Shown here: piece after piece, positions 1-34,158 of the stretch
How positions within the stretch are numbered: position 1 is the stretch's first letter
How the letters are laid out: each line of letters begins with the position of its first letter
Assembly: GCA_964035545.1 (NCBI GenBank)
Contig: OZ037766.1
Location: 33,507,923-33,571,922, forward strand
Source: Bugula neritina
Lineage: Eukaryota; Animalia; Bryozoa
DNA length: 64,000 nt
Direction: 5' to 3'
The notes under the pieces: generated by a model
The model's input: the letters and a program-made list of their open reading frames with translations, nothing else
The model's database searches: none
Told to the model about the DNA's origin: nothing
Program-made: the position numbers and the translations under genes

Positions 1-575
1 TTATATTATACTGGTTAGTTGTGTTATATTATATTATATTATATTATACTGGTTAGTTGTGTTATATTATATTATATTATATTATACTGGTTAGTTGTGT
101 TATATTATATTATATTATATTATATTATACTGGTTAGTTGTGTTATATTATATTATATTATATTATATTATACTGGTTAGTTGTGTTATATTATATTATA
201 TTATATTATATTATACTGGTTAGTTGTGTTATATTATATTATATTATATTATATTATACTGGTTAGTTATATTATATTATATTATATTATATTATATTAT
301 ACTGGTTAGTTGTGTTATATTATATTATATTATATTATACTGGTTAGTTGTGTTATATTATATTATATTATATTATACTGGTTAGTTGTGTTATATTATA
401 TTATACTGGTTAGTTGTGTTATATTATATTATACTGGTTAGTTGTGTTATATTATATTATATTATATTATATTATACTGGTTAGTTGTGTTATATTATAT
501 TATACTGTTTAGTTGTGTTATATTATATTATACTGGTTAGTTATATTATATTATATTATATTATACTGGTTAGTT
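1..575. repeat. Intronic composite minisatellite: (TTATA)n blocks separated by CTGGTTAGTTGTG, in the last intron of RARS1
   Basis: Directly visible tandem units with a variable number of TTATA pentamers. The array runs off the left edge of the window. Confidence 0.95.
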
Positions 576-734
576 GGACATTCTTGTTAGTTTTCAGTAT
601 TCTACTCTGTATATGTTATAGTATATGTTGTATTATATGTTATAGTATATGTTATAGTATATATTATTGTATGTCTTATAGTATATATTATTGTATTTCT
701 TATAGTATATTTAACAGTATATACATTATTTCAG

Positions 735-844
735 GGGAGATAATCAAAGTGAATACTGGAAGATTGTTACTTTGTGAGGGAACTGCCAATGTGATGGCAA
801 AATCTTTTAGCATATTGGGACTGCAGCCTGTCTCTAAGATGTAG
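735..844 (+). CDS. RARS1: Terminal coding exon of cytoplasmic arginyl-tRNA synthetase (C-terminal anticodon-binding domain end); upstream exons lie outside the window
   Basis: Acceptor ATTTCAG|GG at 734/735 (phase 1). The exon reads (G)EIIKVNTGRLLLCEGTANVMAKSFSILGLQPVSKM*, matching the animal RARS1 C-terminus as I recall it ([36 protein letters not shown]). AATAAA follows at 985-990. Confidence 0.85.
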
Positions 845-946
845 CACTGTATAGTTACACTGGTAGATGTAGCACTGCATAGTTACACTGGTAGATGTAG
901 CACTGCATAGTTACACTGGTAGATGTAGCACTGCATAGTTACACTG
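837..946. repeat. 28-bp tandem repeat (about 4 copies) beginning in the last codons and stop of RARS1
   Basis: Unit AGATGTAGCACTGCATAGTTACACTGGT; GTAGCACTG recurs at 841, 869, 897 and 925. Confidence 0.9.
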
Positions 947-984
947 TTTATCTGTAGATAAATATCCACATGTTTTTATCTCAA

Positions 985-990
985 AATAAA
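985..990 (+). terminator. Candidate polyadenylation signal of RARS1
   Basis: AATAAA about 140 nt after the stop codon. Confidence 0.55.
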
Positions 991-1499
991 CGTTTACATT
1001 ATTAGCCAGTATTCTTTCTTCACAAGGTGGTATGTATAATGTTATAGGAGATTTGACACATGAGTATATAAAAAGCTATAGCATACTACGTTACACTGTG
1101 ACATGTACCTTAGTCATGGGTAGGAGAAAGTGTAGGTGTCATTACATAGGGAGCATGTGAAATACCTGCAATCACCTGTGCAGGCATGTCAATCACCTGC
1201 AATCACTGCTATACATGATAACATCACTTCAACAAGCTAGAAATCAATTGACATATTCTCCAGAATATATATGCACACCGCCTAATTACCGTCATCATTA
1301 TGAACTTTCAATTATAAAAACTAAGCTAATTACTGTGTAAATCAATGCAAATAGCTTGGCCTTGGTTCCTTATATAGTGTGGCGTGTTCACTATGTTATG
1401 CTGTATCATATATGCGGGTATAACAAAGTTGTGGAGCTCTACTATGTGTAAACAATCATCTATACATTACTATTGAGAAGTTTACTCACCAGCTTGTCA

Positions 1500-1562
1500 T
1501 CAGTTGCGTGTTTGAGCTGCCGCATTAGATGCTTCATCTGCTATAGCTGCCGCAGTAGACTG
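1500..1562 (+). promoter_or_regulatory. Possible transcription start and non-coding first exon of the olfactomedin gene
   Basis: Initiator-like TCAGTT at 1500-1505 and donor-like TG|GTAATA at 1562/1563, followed by repeat-filled sequence and an acceptor TTCTAG at 3526 just upstream of the ATG at 3547. Inference only. Confidence 0.3.
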
Positions 1563-1575
1563 GTAATACATTTCG

Positions 1576-1765
1576 TATATATATATATATATATATATAC
1601 ATATATATATGTATATATATATATATACATATATACACATTTGTATATATGTATATATATATACATATAATTATTATACATATATACATATAATTATTAT
1701 ACATATATACATATACATATAATTATTATACATATATACATATACACACATTTGTATATATGTAC
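1576..1765. repeat. Interrupted (TA)n / TACA microsatellite
   Basis: Directly visible. Confidence 0.9.
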
Positions 1766-1959
1766 ACCAGTGCATGTAACCGTATATATAACTGAACATA
1801 CTAATCTATTGGTTATACCTTAGGCGTAGCAATATTATGGATTTTAATCAACCATAATCAATGTTTTTTAATCTCCGATGATTTGATATTTAATTAAACA
1901 CTTGATAAGGATCACTTTCGCTAGCCTGTACACTGCAGGCTTCTATGCAGACGCATTAT

Positions 1960-3520
1960 ACTAATAACTCTCACTGGTTGTATACTACTTGTTAATGTGT
2001 GTACTGGTAACTCTTAATAGTTGTACTACTTGCTAGTATATATACTGATAACTCTTACTAGTTGTTAGTATATATACTTAGAACTCTTACTAGTTGTTAG
2101 TATATGTACTGATAACTCTTACTAGTTGTTAGTATATATACTGATAACTCTTACTAGTTGTACTACTTGTGAGTATATGTACTGATAACTCTTAATAGTT
2201 GTACTACTTGTTAATGTGTGTACTGGTAACTCTTAATAGTTGTACTACTTGTTGATATATGTACTGATAACTTTTACTAGTTGATGCTAGTTGTTAGTAT
2301 ATATACTAAAAACTCTTACTAGTTGTTAGTATATGTACTGATAACTCTTACTAGTTGTTAGTATATATACTGATAACTCTTACTAGTTGTACTACTTGTG
2401 AGTATATGTACTGATAACTCTTACTAGTTGTTGCTAGTTGTTAGTATATATACTAAAAACTCTTACTAGTTGTTAGTATATGTACTGATAACTCTTACTA
2501 GTTGTTAGTATATATACTGATAACTCTTACTAGTTGTTAGTATATATACTGATAACTCTTACTAGTTGTTAGTATATATACTGATAACTCTTACTAGTTG
2601 TACTACTTGTGAGTATATGTACTGATAACTCTTACTAGTTGTTGCTAGTTGTTAGTATATATACTAAAAACTCTTACTAGTTGTTAGTATATGTACTGAT
2701 AACTCTTACTAGTTGTTAGTATATATACTGATAACTCTTACTAGTTGTTAGTATATATACTGATAACTCTTACTAGTTGTACTACTTGTGAGTATATGTA
2801 CTGATAACTCTTACTAGTTGTTAGTATATATACTGATAACTCTTACTAGCTGTACTACTTGTTGGTATATATACTGATAACTCTTACTAGTTGATGCTAG
2901 TTGTTAGTATATATACTAAAAACTCTTACTAGTTGTTAGTATATGTACTGATAACTCTTACTAGTTGTTAGTATATATACTGATAACTCTTACTAGCTGT
3001 ACTACTTGTTGGTATATATACTAAAAACTCTTACTAGTTGATGCTAGTTGTTAGTATATATACTAAAAACTCTTACTAGTTGTTAGTATATATACTGATA
3101 ACTCTTACTAGTTGTGCTACTTGTGAGTATATGTACTGATAACTCTTACTAGTTGTTAGTATATATACTAAAAACTCTTACTAGTTGTTAGTATATATAC
3201 TGATAACTCTTACTAGTTGTACTACTTGTGAGTATATGTACTGATAACTCTTACTAGTTGTACTACTTGTTAGTATATATACTGATAACTCTTACTAGTT
3301 GTTGCTAGTTGTTAGTATATATACTAAAAACTCTTACTAGTTGTTAGTATATGTACTGATAACTCTTACTAGTTGTTAGTATATATACTGATAACTCTTA
3401 CTAGTTGTTAGTATATGTACTGATAACTCTTACTAGCTGTACTACTTGCTAGTATATGTACTGATGACTCTTACTAGTTATAGTGCTTTTTAGTATATAT
3501 ATACTGACAACTGTTACTAA
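1960..3520. repeat. Minisatellite with a 32-bp core (ACTGATAACTCTTACTAGTTGTTAGTATATAT) and longer variants
   Basis: Tandem units with inserted TACTACTTG or TTGCTAGTTG variants. The array ends a few bases before the acceptor upstream of the start codon. Confidence 0.95.
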
Positions 3521-3546
3521 TTCTAGTAGAAACTACAACCACCCTA

Positions 3547-25686
<22,140 letters not shown>

Positions 25687-25701
25687 TAACAATAAACTCA
25701 C

Positions 25702-25850
25702 TATTACTGTAATACTATAATATGTTATTCAATATTACTGACAGTAATTTACTGTAATACTATTATAGGTTATTCAATATTACTGATAGTAATTTACTGT
25801 AATACTATAATATGTTATTCAATATTACTGACAGTAATTTACTGTAATAT
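25702..25850. repeat. 45-bp tandem repeat (about 3.3 copies) just downstream of the olfactomedin stop
   Basis: ACTGTAATA recurs at 25706, 25751, 25796 and 25841. Confidence 0.9.
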
Positions 25851-26125
25851 TTTACCCAGTTTGCCTAATTACCTTTTGAGCCAATATGGATATTTTCCGT
25901 TATTTTGGCATAATGTAAGTATACAGCTAACCATGTTTATCATTTTAATGGTTTTTCATAATTTTAAGTTTTATATAAATGCTTCATTATTGGTTTGATG
26001 TTCCATATAGTAGTTTAATAAAACACATATATATGTTTTAGCTTGCTTGTCAATATATTACACACCTGTGCTACATTATATGATAGCTCATTCCACTTTT
26101 TCTAACCACTGTATAAATTGAAATA

Positions 26126-27850
26126 CCGAAAAATGTGGTAACATTGGCCGTTTTGAGACATATTTTGGGTGTCATATGAAAGGATCACAATATTCTTTAA
26201 AATTTTTGGATGCTAAATGAAGCTTATCAACATATGCATTAAATGAAAGAATCATTTGCAGTTTGGGACTGCTAGATCTCTTGTGGTATTAAAAAAAGTA
26301 GGTGGCCAAAGTTACCCTATTTTCGGGGTTACTTTGGTCGGTATCGTTATTCTCCATGTAGCTAAAGTTAGCAGCACTTGGAGCTTTTTTAGCCTGTTAG
26401 AAATTAAAGAACAACATTATTCAACTTCATTACTACAAAAAAAAATATTTTAGACAAAATGCAAGCTATAATAGTGTAATTATTGCATTGAAACCACAGC
26501 TATTCGAGGTACATTGTTATTAGGTGTAAAAATTTTTGTATATGTATAAAAAATCATGTAATTTGCTGGCAACGTTGAATAAATCACTGTACAAGTTCAA
26601 ATTCCATTGAGTTTAATCTAAAATTCAAGTATGCCCTTTCAAATTATAGGCTGTGGCAGTTGTCTGTAGATTTTTTAAATAAAGCGTAATGTCTTCAGAA
26701 TTAACTGTTGCTCATTCCGGTGCTATGTTTTGGCTACAACCTGTGAGACAAGCTATCTTTACGTCTTGACATAAAACTAAGACTCCAGTGATCTTGAGGG
26801 TATATAGTTGCTTTTGAACTGTTGCACTCTTCTCTCACATTTGTCAAAATAGGTCTTGACCATAATTCGAAAGTCTGTTTTATTTAATGGAAAGCCCCAT
26901 TGAGCCAGCTTTGTAGTATGGTCAACAATGGCTACCTCCTCTACTTGTGTTAACACAGTTTGGTGTCCAGGCTTCAGCTTGTGTCTTCATGCTGCTCTGT
27001 TTTGTAGTGTTCCCTTGGTAATATCATATTTTTAGCCACTTCTTGTCAAGACTTTCCAACTGCCAATTCTTGTGAATAAAGCAAAACCAATGATCTCCTC
27101 AGATATACCATATCTTGAAGATGTTACTTTTCTTTAATATTTTCTGAGTATGATTGTCCTGAAAAATACATTTTACAATGCATGGTCAAATTCTTATATA
27201 AAAAAAAACATTCAAACACAAAATTGCTGTCTGGGAACAAAAATGCATAATTCCCCATGTAATTATTTCATATTTCGGACTTAGCTAAGTTGTTTCAAAT
27301 ATATAACTAAAGCCTTGGGTATAGGTGAATCAAATGATTGTGCCTTTAGAGAGTAATGTACTATGTGTCTGAAGTAACAGAAAATTTGCATCGCTGCCAG
27401 AAACCTACTTAGGAGTACCATTTAGTCATGGCCAAAGTTACCCCAAATTCGCCAAAAATTGTACACAGTGAATTTAAGACACATATTTTAATTTTGCATG
27501 GATTTCAATTTATTTACCTAAATTACAAATATCCTGGTTAAATACTTACCAAAGTTCTTTAATCCAAAGAAAAAATGAGTCGAGCTTCTCTAATGCCTCC
27601 AAATAGATTAAAGTTGGACAGCGCTGAAAATCTTGTTGTCAAACAGGAAATCAAAAATGGCTGACAGCAAGAAGCAGCAAATAAGTATATCAATTATTTT
27701 TCAGGAATAGGATGCACCAATCTACAGTCAGTGCATATATACAATTAAAATATCTTTAGACTTCATAGATATAGCACCAGCTACATTTTAAACATTTTTT
27801 CCAAAGTGGCCAAAGTTACCCCACGTGGCTAAAGTTACCCCATTTTACTG
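26126..27850 (-). mobile_element. Defective pogo/Tigger-like (Tc1/mariner superfamily) DNA transposon
   Basis: TA flanks at 26124-25 and 27851-52. The 24-bp TIRs are CCGAAAAATGTGGTAACATTGGCC versus the reverse complement CAGTAAAATGGGGTAACTTTAGCC (19/24). The internal motif GGCCAAAGTTACCC recurs near 26304, 27430 and 27808, and a transposase relic lies inside. Confidence 0.8.
26660..27060 (-). pseudogene. Transposase N-terminal DNA-binding relic (psq-type HTH plus CENP-B-type HTH)
   Basis: Manual translation: KYDITKGTLQNRAA*RHKLKPGHQTVLTQVEEVAIVDHTTKLAQWGFPLNKTDFRIMVKTYFDKCERRVQQFKSN, then frameshifts and stops. No DDE domain was seen. Confidence 0.8.
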
Positions 27851-28749
27851 TAACATGTTTTATGACCTACGTCATTCTTTTTGCCTATCTATTCCACATC
27901 TTCATAAAGACATAAAATTTTTTACAAAATTACGACTATATACAAATAAGTTTCGGGGAATCAAGACAGACATGTTTTTATAGGAATGGCTGTAGACACA
28001 TGTGGGAAGTTTATGGCTGAAAGGGTGGATGTTGTACAAACAGATAATTAGCTGAATATTTACAGCAGACAAAATGGTAGCCCCAGAGTCATTTCAGAGT
28101 TTTTATTCTTCTCATTCTTCTGATCTAACTTTACGATGTGTAATGACTGCAATGCGAGCTAAATAGGACATCATAATATCTTCAAAGAGGGCCGTAGGTG
28201 TTGCTAGATTAAATAGACCGATGTAGGTATCGTGTTGATGCAGGCTATTATTAACTTTGATATTATAATTACATTGTTATTTTGGACATGGCATCATAAG
28301 TAATTGTGATTAGATGCGAACAATGTTTGACACCCCCTCTTATTTCTTAGTCCTCCAAAACTGTTGCTTGATTATCAATATCACTTCACTTCGCAAGGCA
28401 CCCTCAGCCATCGAACTCAATAATATTCCAGCTCAGTGCCCTCAGCCCTTTCCTTAGTACTCCGTCCTCGCAAACTGAAACATAGCCATGGGCCTCATAA
28501 AACCAAACGCTTGTGAAAATGGCTTAAAACAGCACAAGGTTGGTAGTCACTGAATTCATTGACTCGAGTTGATGTTTTGGCTCTCGGAAAACGATATCTA
28601 TACAAACACTGCATTCAACAACCCACTATTTTCGGCTGCTTTTAGCGATTTCAATACTTGCAATGCATTCGCTGATGCTGGGCATCAGAAGTCGTAGAAA
28701 TGGCAGAGACTACGTACGACTTTAAGTTTTACATGCATTCTAGTCTGAT

Positions 28750-29450
28750 AGTGAATAAGAATTAATAATACTATTAGTACCTCGGTATTAGCTAATGCGT
28801 ATCAATTAAAGTTAGTATGGCTATAGTCCATAATCATAATGGATATCAAATTCAATATGAATCACTATGAGTATGACTATCAGTATCACTATCAGAATGA
28901 GAATGTCAATTTCATTATGATTTTGATAATGTAAATGATACTCATAATGATGATGATTATCGTTATGATAACCAAATCTGAAATCAAGTGAAATGATAAT
29001 GATATTGATAATCGCTTATCAGTATGACAGTATGGGTATCACTTAAAATTAAAGTGAATCATAAACATAATGATAATCATAATCACTTGATAATGATGAT
29101 CCTAATCATAGTGGAAAACTAAAAGTAAATGTTCAGCATAATGGTAATGATAATTTTTAACTTAAAGTTGATGAATATCATTAAGTTTAATTATAAAATT
29201 TTTAGTGAGGCTGAAAGGTTTAAGTTTGAGTTTCACTGTGGCTATCGGTATCATACTGATACTATGACTATCAGTATTGGTAAGGCGATCTTATTTTTTA
29301 TCTTTAAGTCTAGGATTATAAGTATAACATTAAGTTTAACTATAGTCTGTCTCTATAAGTATAAGTAAGTGTATAACTAGAGGTATATCACTATGACTAT
29401 CAGTATCGTCACCACTGCCCGTATGAGTATGAGTATCACTAGGGGTATGT
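28750..29450. repeat. Cryptic 3/6-bp periodic low-complexity tract (ATnAnT-like)
   Basis: For example ATCACT ATGAGT ATGACT ATCAGT ATCACT ATCAGA; units are non-identical. Confidence 0.7.
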
Positions 29451-30122
29451 AGCTAGTGCAGGTGATTTTATATACGAGTCTTTTTGTACACATCTGCTAG
29501 TGATAGGTTGAGTCATACAACACTTCTTATAAGTAGCCGGCATATTTTATTTCACTGTATGCTTTGGCTAATTATTATTGTGATATGTAGATGTTGCTTA
29601 GGAACTGCTCTTTTGCTTTAGATATTGTTATCATCAGTGGGACTAGATGGCAGCACATAGGGAATAGGTAACATAGGTACTGTATTAGTGTGGCCATAGG
29701 CTACCAATATAGGCATGGTAGTAGCTATCAAGTGTCACTCATTAGTATCCCTATCCTTATGACTATGATATTTATAGTTGTTTAATAACAACTGTAGTAT
29801 TGGTATCACAACTCCTGAAATAACTACAAATTGGGGACTCAGTGAAAGATTAAAGGAGTTTAAATGACATGGAGTAGATATACTATTAGCACAGCACAAT
29901 ATCGTATCTTTAAATGTCAATGAAACTGTTGTAGACAGCTTCATATGTGATGGTGTGAACAGTAATGAAGTAGCAGAAGCTGTCCATAAACATGAGATCA
30001 TATGATTCAACAGCTAACCCTCCTCTTGCTATGGCCCATTGTGTAAGTTTCTTTCTTCCAAATACACTGTTTCTATGCATGTATGTAGCTTTATAGAGTA
30101 TAGAGTTTATAATGTAACTCAG

Positions 30123-32512
30123 GTGAGAGATGCTGGAAATAATGGTTACACTGGAGTACTATTTCTCTACCACACACTCACTAATCAGGTTATAGTTCAG
30201 TGGACAGGAGAGAATCTTGATGAAGATATCAAGGTACAGCTGGAGAGATCGTTGTTGAGCAATATAAGAGCTAAAACTTCAAAGTTGAACTCGGCAGGTC
30301 TATCATCTCTACTGTCTATATCTATTATAACTATGTCCACCAACTCTACTGTCTATATCTATTATAACTATGTCTACCATCTCTACTGTCTATATCTATT
30401 ATAACTATGTCTACCAACTCTACTGTCTATATCTATTATAACTATGTCTACCAACTCTACTGTCTATATCTATTATATCTAGGTCTACCAACTCTACTGT
30501 CTATATCTATTATAACTATGTCTACCAACTCTACTCTATATCTATTATAACTATATTTACCAACTCTACTGTCTATATCTATTATAACTATGTCTACCAA
30601 CTCTACTGTCTATATCTATTATAACTATGTCTACCAACTCTACTGTCTATATCTATTATAACTAGGTCTACCAACTCTACTCTCTATATCTATTATAACT
30701 ATGTCTACCATCTCTACCCTCTATATCTATTATAACTATGTCTACCATCTCTACCCTCTATACACATATACATGACAGACATGATGGAGAACATACGCCA
30801 AAAGTCCCATCTCCTGAATACAGACAAAACCATCACAAACCCTCAGCCTACATCAGTTGATACATCTCTAAGCTCACGTCAGGGGCCTGTGACCACTACC
30901 TCTTACTCTGACACAAGCTCCAACCCTCCACTCATGTCTACTGCAGTCTCTCAACGTCTTAAACCTCAGTCTGAAGTTGCCTCGCTATCATTCAGTGAAC
31001 CTTTAGCTCTGGGTGAGTGCATCTTATATCAAACTATTTCTACATGTTGTACTGTTTCATTACAACTATATTAATACATGATAATATTCAATATTAATAC
31101 AAATAATCGTATAGCATTTTATGCTTTATATTAGTGGTGGCTACAATATGCATAATTATAACTACTGGCCAAACTTTACTTCATAGTGTGAAGTCACCTT
31201 ATTTATAATATAATACATCTGCATTTGTGTATGCTTGATATTTTAGACTTTGAAGTGAAATCAGAATCCGGGTTTGAAATTGACAATTTAGGTAAGTCAA
31301 CATTTGGTGGGAATCACTCTTAGTTTTAGTTATAGTGTTAGTTGATATACTCGGTTAGTTAGTTGATATACTCAGTTAGTTAGTTGATGTACTCGGTTAG
31401 TTAGTTGATATACTCAGTTAGTTAGTTGATATACTCAGTTAGTTAGTTGATATACTCAGTCAGTTAGTTGATATACTCGGTTAGTTAGTTGATATACTCG
31501 GTTAGTTAGTTGATATACTCGGTTAGTTAGTTGATATAACTCAGTTAGTTAGTTGATATACTCAGTTAGTTGATATACTCAGTTAGTTAGTTGATGTACT
31601 CGGTTAGTTAGTTAATATACTCGGTTAGTTAGTTGATATACTCAGTTAGTTAGTTGATATACTCAGTTAGTTAGTTGATATACTCAGTCAGTTAGTTGAT
31701 ATACTCGGTTAGTTAGTTGATATACTCGGTTAGTTAGTTGATATACTCAGTTAGTTAGTTAATGTACTCGGTTAGTTAGTTGATATACTCAGTTAGTTAG
31801 TTGATATACTCGGTTAGTTAGTTAATATACTCAGTTAGTTAGTTGATATACTCAGTTAGTTAGTTGATATACTCAGTTAGTTAGTTAATATACTCAGTTA
31901 GTTAGTTGATATACTCAGTCAGTTACATGCTGTGTTGCAGAATCTGATCTACCATCACAATATTTGGAACAACCTCCAGCACTCTCAAGAAATAAGTCAG
32001 CTTCAACAAAGGTCAGCGTGCCTGTAAGTAGCACAGTGAGACTGCATCGGTGTAGGATGTGCGACTACAACGCCAAGTCTAGGGGTGACTTGATAAGACA
32101 CAATCAGTGTCACACTGGGCTCAAGCGCTACTCCTGCAGTATCTGTGACTTTACCTTCAGTCACCTAAACTCTCTGAAGAGACACTTTCTCTGTAGACAT
32201 ACGTCAGAGAAGCCTCACCAATGTCCTCTCTGCTTCCGGCGTTTCTCCAGACAAGATATCTTCGCCAGTCACATGAAAACTCATAACCAGAGAGGTCACA
32301 TGACCCCTTCTAGTCAAATGACTACCACTGGTGTCAGCAGTGTTGGTGATGGTGCACAGCCGCCCGTATTCCAGAATGAACCAATTATGTTTCCATTCAA
32401 CTTAAATAGTCCTTCTCAGTGTAGCATCTCTGCAGCTAACACATCACTCAGTCACGCTTCACCAAAGTCTCCCAGGAAACATTCTGAGAATACTTCTGAC
32501 TACTGTGATTAG
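30123..32512 (+). CDS. C2H2 zinc-finger protein (3 fingers), 5' end unresolved; join(30123..30297,30779..31012,31247..31291,31941..32512)
   Basis: All three junctions are GT-AG phase 1 and the frame is open. The protein has an S/T/P-rich region, a VKSE motif and fingers CRMC..HNQCH-TGLKRY-CSIC..HFLCRH-TSEKPH-CPLC..HMKTH, with AATAAA near 32640 and 32712. The start codon was not identified (it could be an upstream exon or the ATG at 30781). Confidence 0.8.
30298..30762. repeat. 37-bp intronic minisatellite, about 12.5 copies
   Basis: Unit TCTACCAACTCTACTGTCTATATCTATTATAACTATG, starting at the donor. Confidence 0.93.
31337..31925. repeat. 21-bp intronic minisatellite, about 28 copies
   Basis: Unit GTTAGTTAGTTGATATACTC[A/G]. 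Confidence 0.93.
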
Positions 32513-33199
32513 CTGTTTGGCCTTGCACATGACAATACTTAACACATGCAGTTTTTTCCCACACAACCACCAACTAATGTAATAGCATTGTATTTGGTTT
32601 CATTCCAATACTTTTATATCAGTTCTTTCTTCCAATCAAAATAAAATTATAATTCAGGTTTTACTTGATAGAATCTTTGTCAAAGTACGCAATCGAATAA
32701 TGTATTTGCAAAATAAAAATATATATACGGACTAGTGAATTTAAAAGTATGAGAATTTTCCTCAAAATCCTATAAATAGTAAATTTCAAAATATTAGAAA
32801 ATGCCTACCAGAGCTGCCTTCCACTAGCAAGGATGCTTTGCTGCTGCAATTTTTGTTTAATGCATGCTTAAAAAATCATTCACGGTATTTTGTACTTTTA
32901 TAAATGTAGGCAGTATACCAGTAGAATCACTACATCGTCTGCAGCCAACTCTCCATGACCATCAATCACGTGGTCTGTTACGGAGGACAAAGCCGCAGAC
33001 GTTGTAGCAAGGTCACTCGTAATGCTGCGTCCTAACCGCGTGGAGGTGACTCGACAGATATTCGCTCACTTACAGTATTTGGCAACTGCTTCTAAACGTA
33101 GTCAGCAAAAAGGTTTTACTTTGCTCTAGATCTAATAGTCAAACTCACTACTGTTATTGTCAAATGGAGTTTAAATTAAGTGATTGTGTGTGCGAGTAG

Positions 33200-33770
33200 A
33201 GTAATCAAATTGATTATCATAATCATAATGATGATAATCATCTTATCATGATCGCAAAGTGATGATCATAATAATATTAACACTAATAGGTAATAACTAA
33301 TATTACTGTTAGTATTACTAAATATAATTATAAGTACAGCCATTAGCATTATAATTATATAACTGTTAGCAGCTAAGTATTGCATTTACTACCACTACTA
33401 TTACTATTAGTATTAGTATTACTATTACTATTAGTATTATCATTATGACTTAGTCGTATGACTATGAGTATGAGTATAAGTATAAGTATAACTAAACTAT
33501 GAATTTCCGCATGTATACTCACATACTGTTACTCATACTGTAAGACTAACTGTAAGAGTCAGTGAACAACTTATATTTTGAGAACTACTCACATCCTTAT
33601 TCCTCATCATATTTCATTAACTGATTAAGGACTTGGAATTGTTTATGGCCTGTAGTGTAGACAATAACTATGTGTATATTTTTATTATAATTAATATTAT
33701 GTAATTTATAATTAATAATTTAATACTAATACTAATAATAATGTTAATAGTGATACTCATACTTAACACT
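33200..33770. repeat. Cryptic 3/6-bp periodic low-complexity tract
   Basis: Runs such as ACTATTACTATTAGTATT and ATGACTATGAGTATGAGTATAAGT. Confidence 0.7.
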
Positions 33771-34158
33771 CACAACGAGTGGTCATTGATGGAATATCTT
33801 CGGATTAACACCAGTGACTTCCGGGGTTCCACAAGGAAGTGTGCTGGGTCCAACATTATTCGTTTTGTTTATTAATGACATTGTAAACCGCGTTACACAT
33901 AGTACAATCAGGCTTTTGCTGATGACACTCTTGTCTATCTGCCCATTACTGATCCAAATGACTATCATAAATTACAGGGAGATCTTTCTAGACTTTATAG
34001 GTGAGCAAAAAACATTTTGAAGTTTATCATCAAGGAAAAGTAATGTTATCACTTTTGGTAAAAAATAGAAAATATAAAAAATGTCTTTACTTATAAATTA
34101 GGAGATGATCTCCGGAATAGAGTTGGAATCGTAAAATATCTTGAATTATTGTTATCAA
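33771..34158 (+). mobile_element. Degenerate non-LTR retrotransposon (CR1/L2-group-like) reverse-transcriptase fragment
   Basis: Reads TQRVVIDG...[23 protein letters not shown]...[11 protein letters not shown]...LQGDL...KYL, with a frameshift before FADD and in-frame stops. Confidence 0.88.

Noticed and set aside
485-734. N-terminal part of ORF 485..844 as a membrane protein
   Set aside because: It is translated intronic repeat; only 735-844 matches RARS1.
31337-31925. TTAG-rich array as interstitial telomere sequence
   Set aside because: It is a 21-bp unit without G tracts and is unrelated to the TTTGGGG terminal motif.
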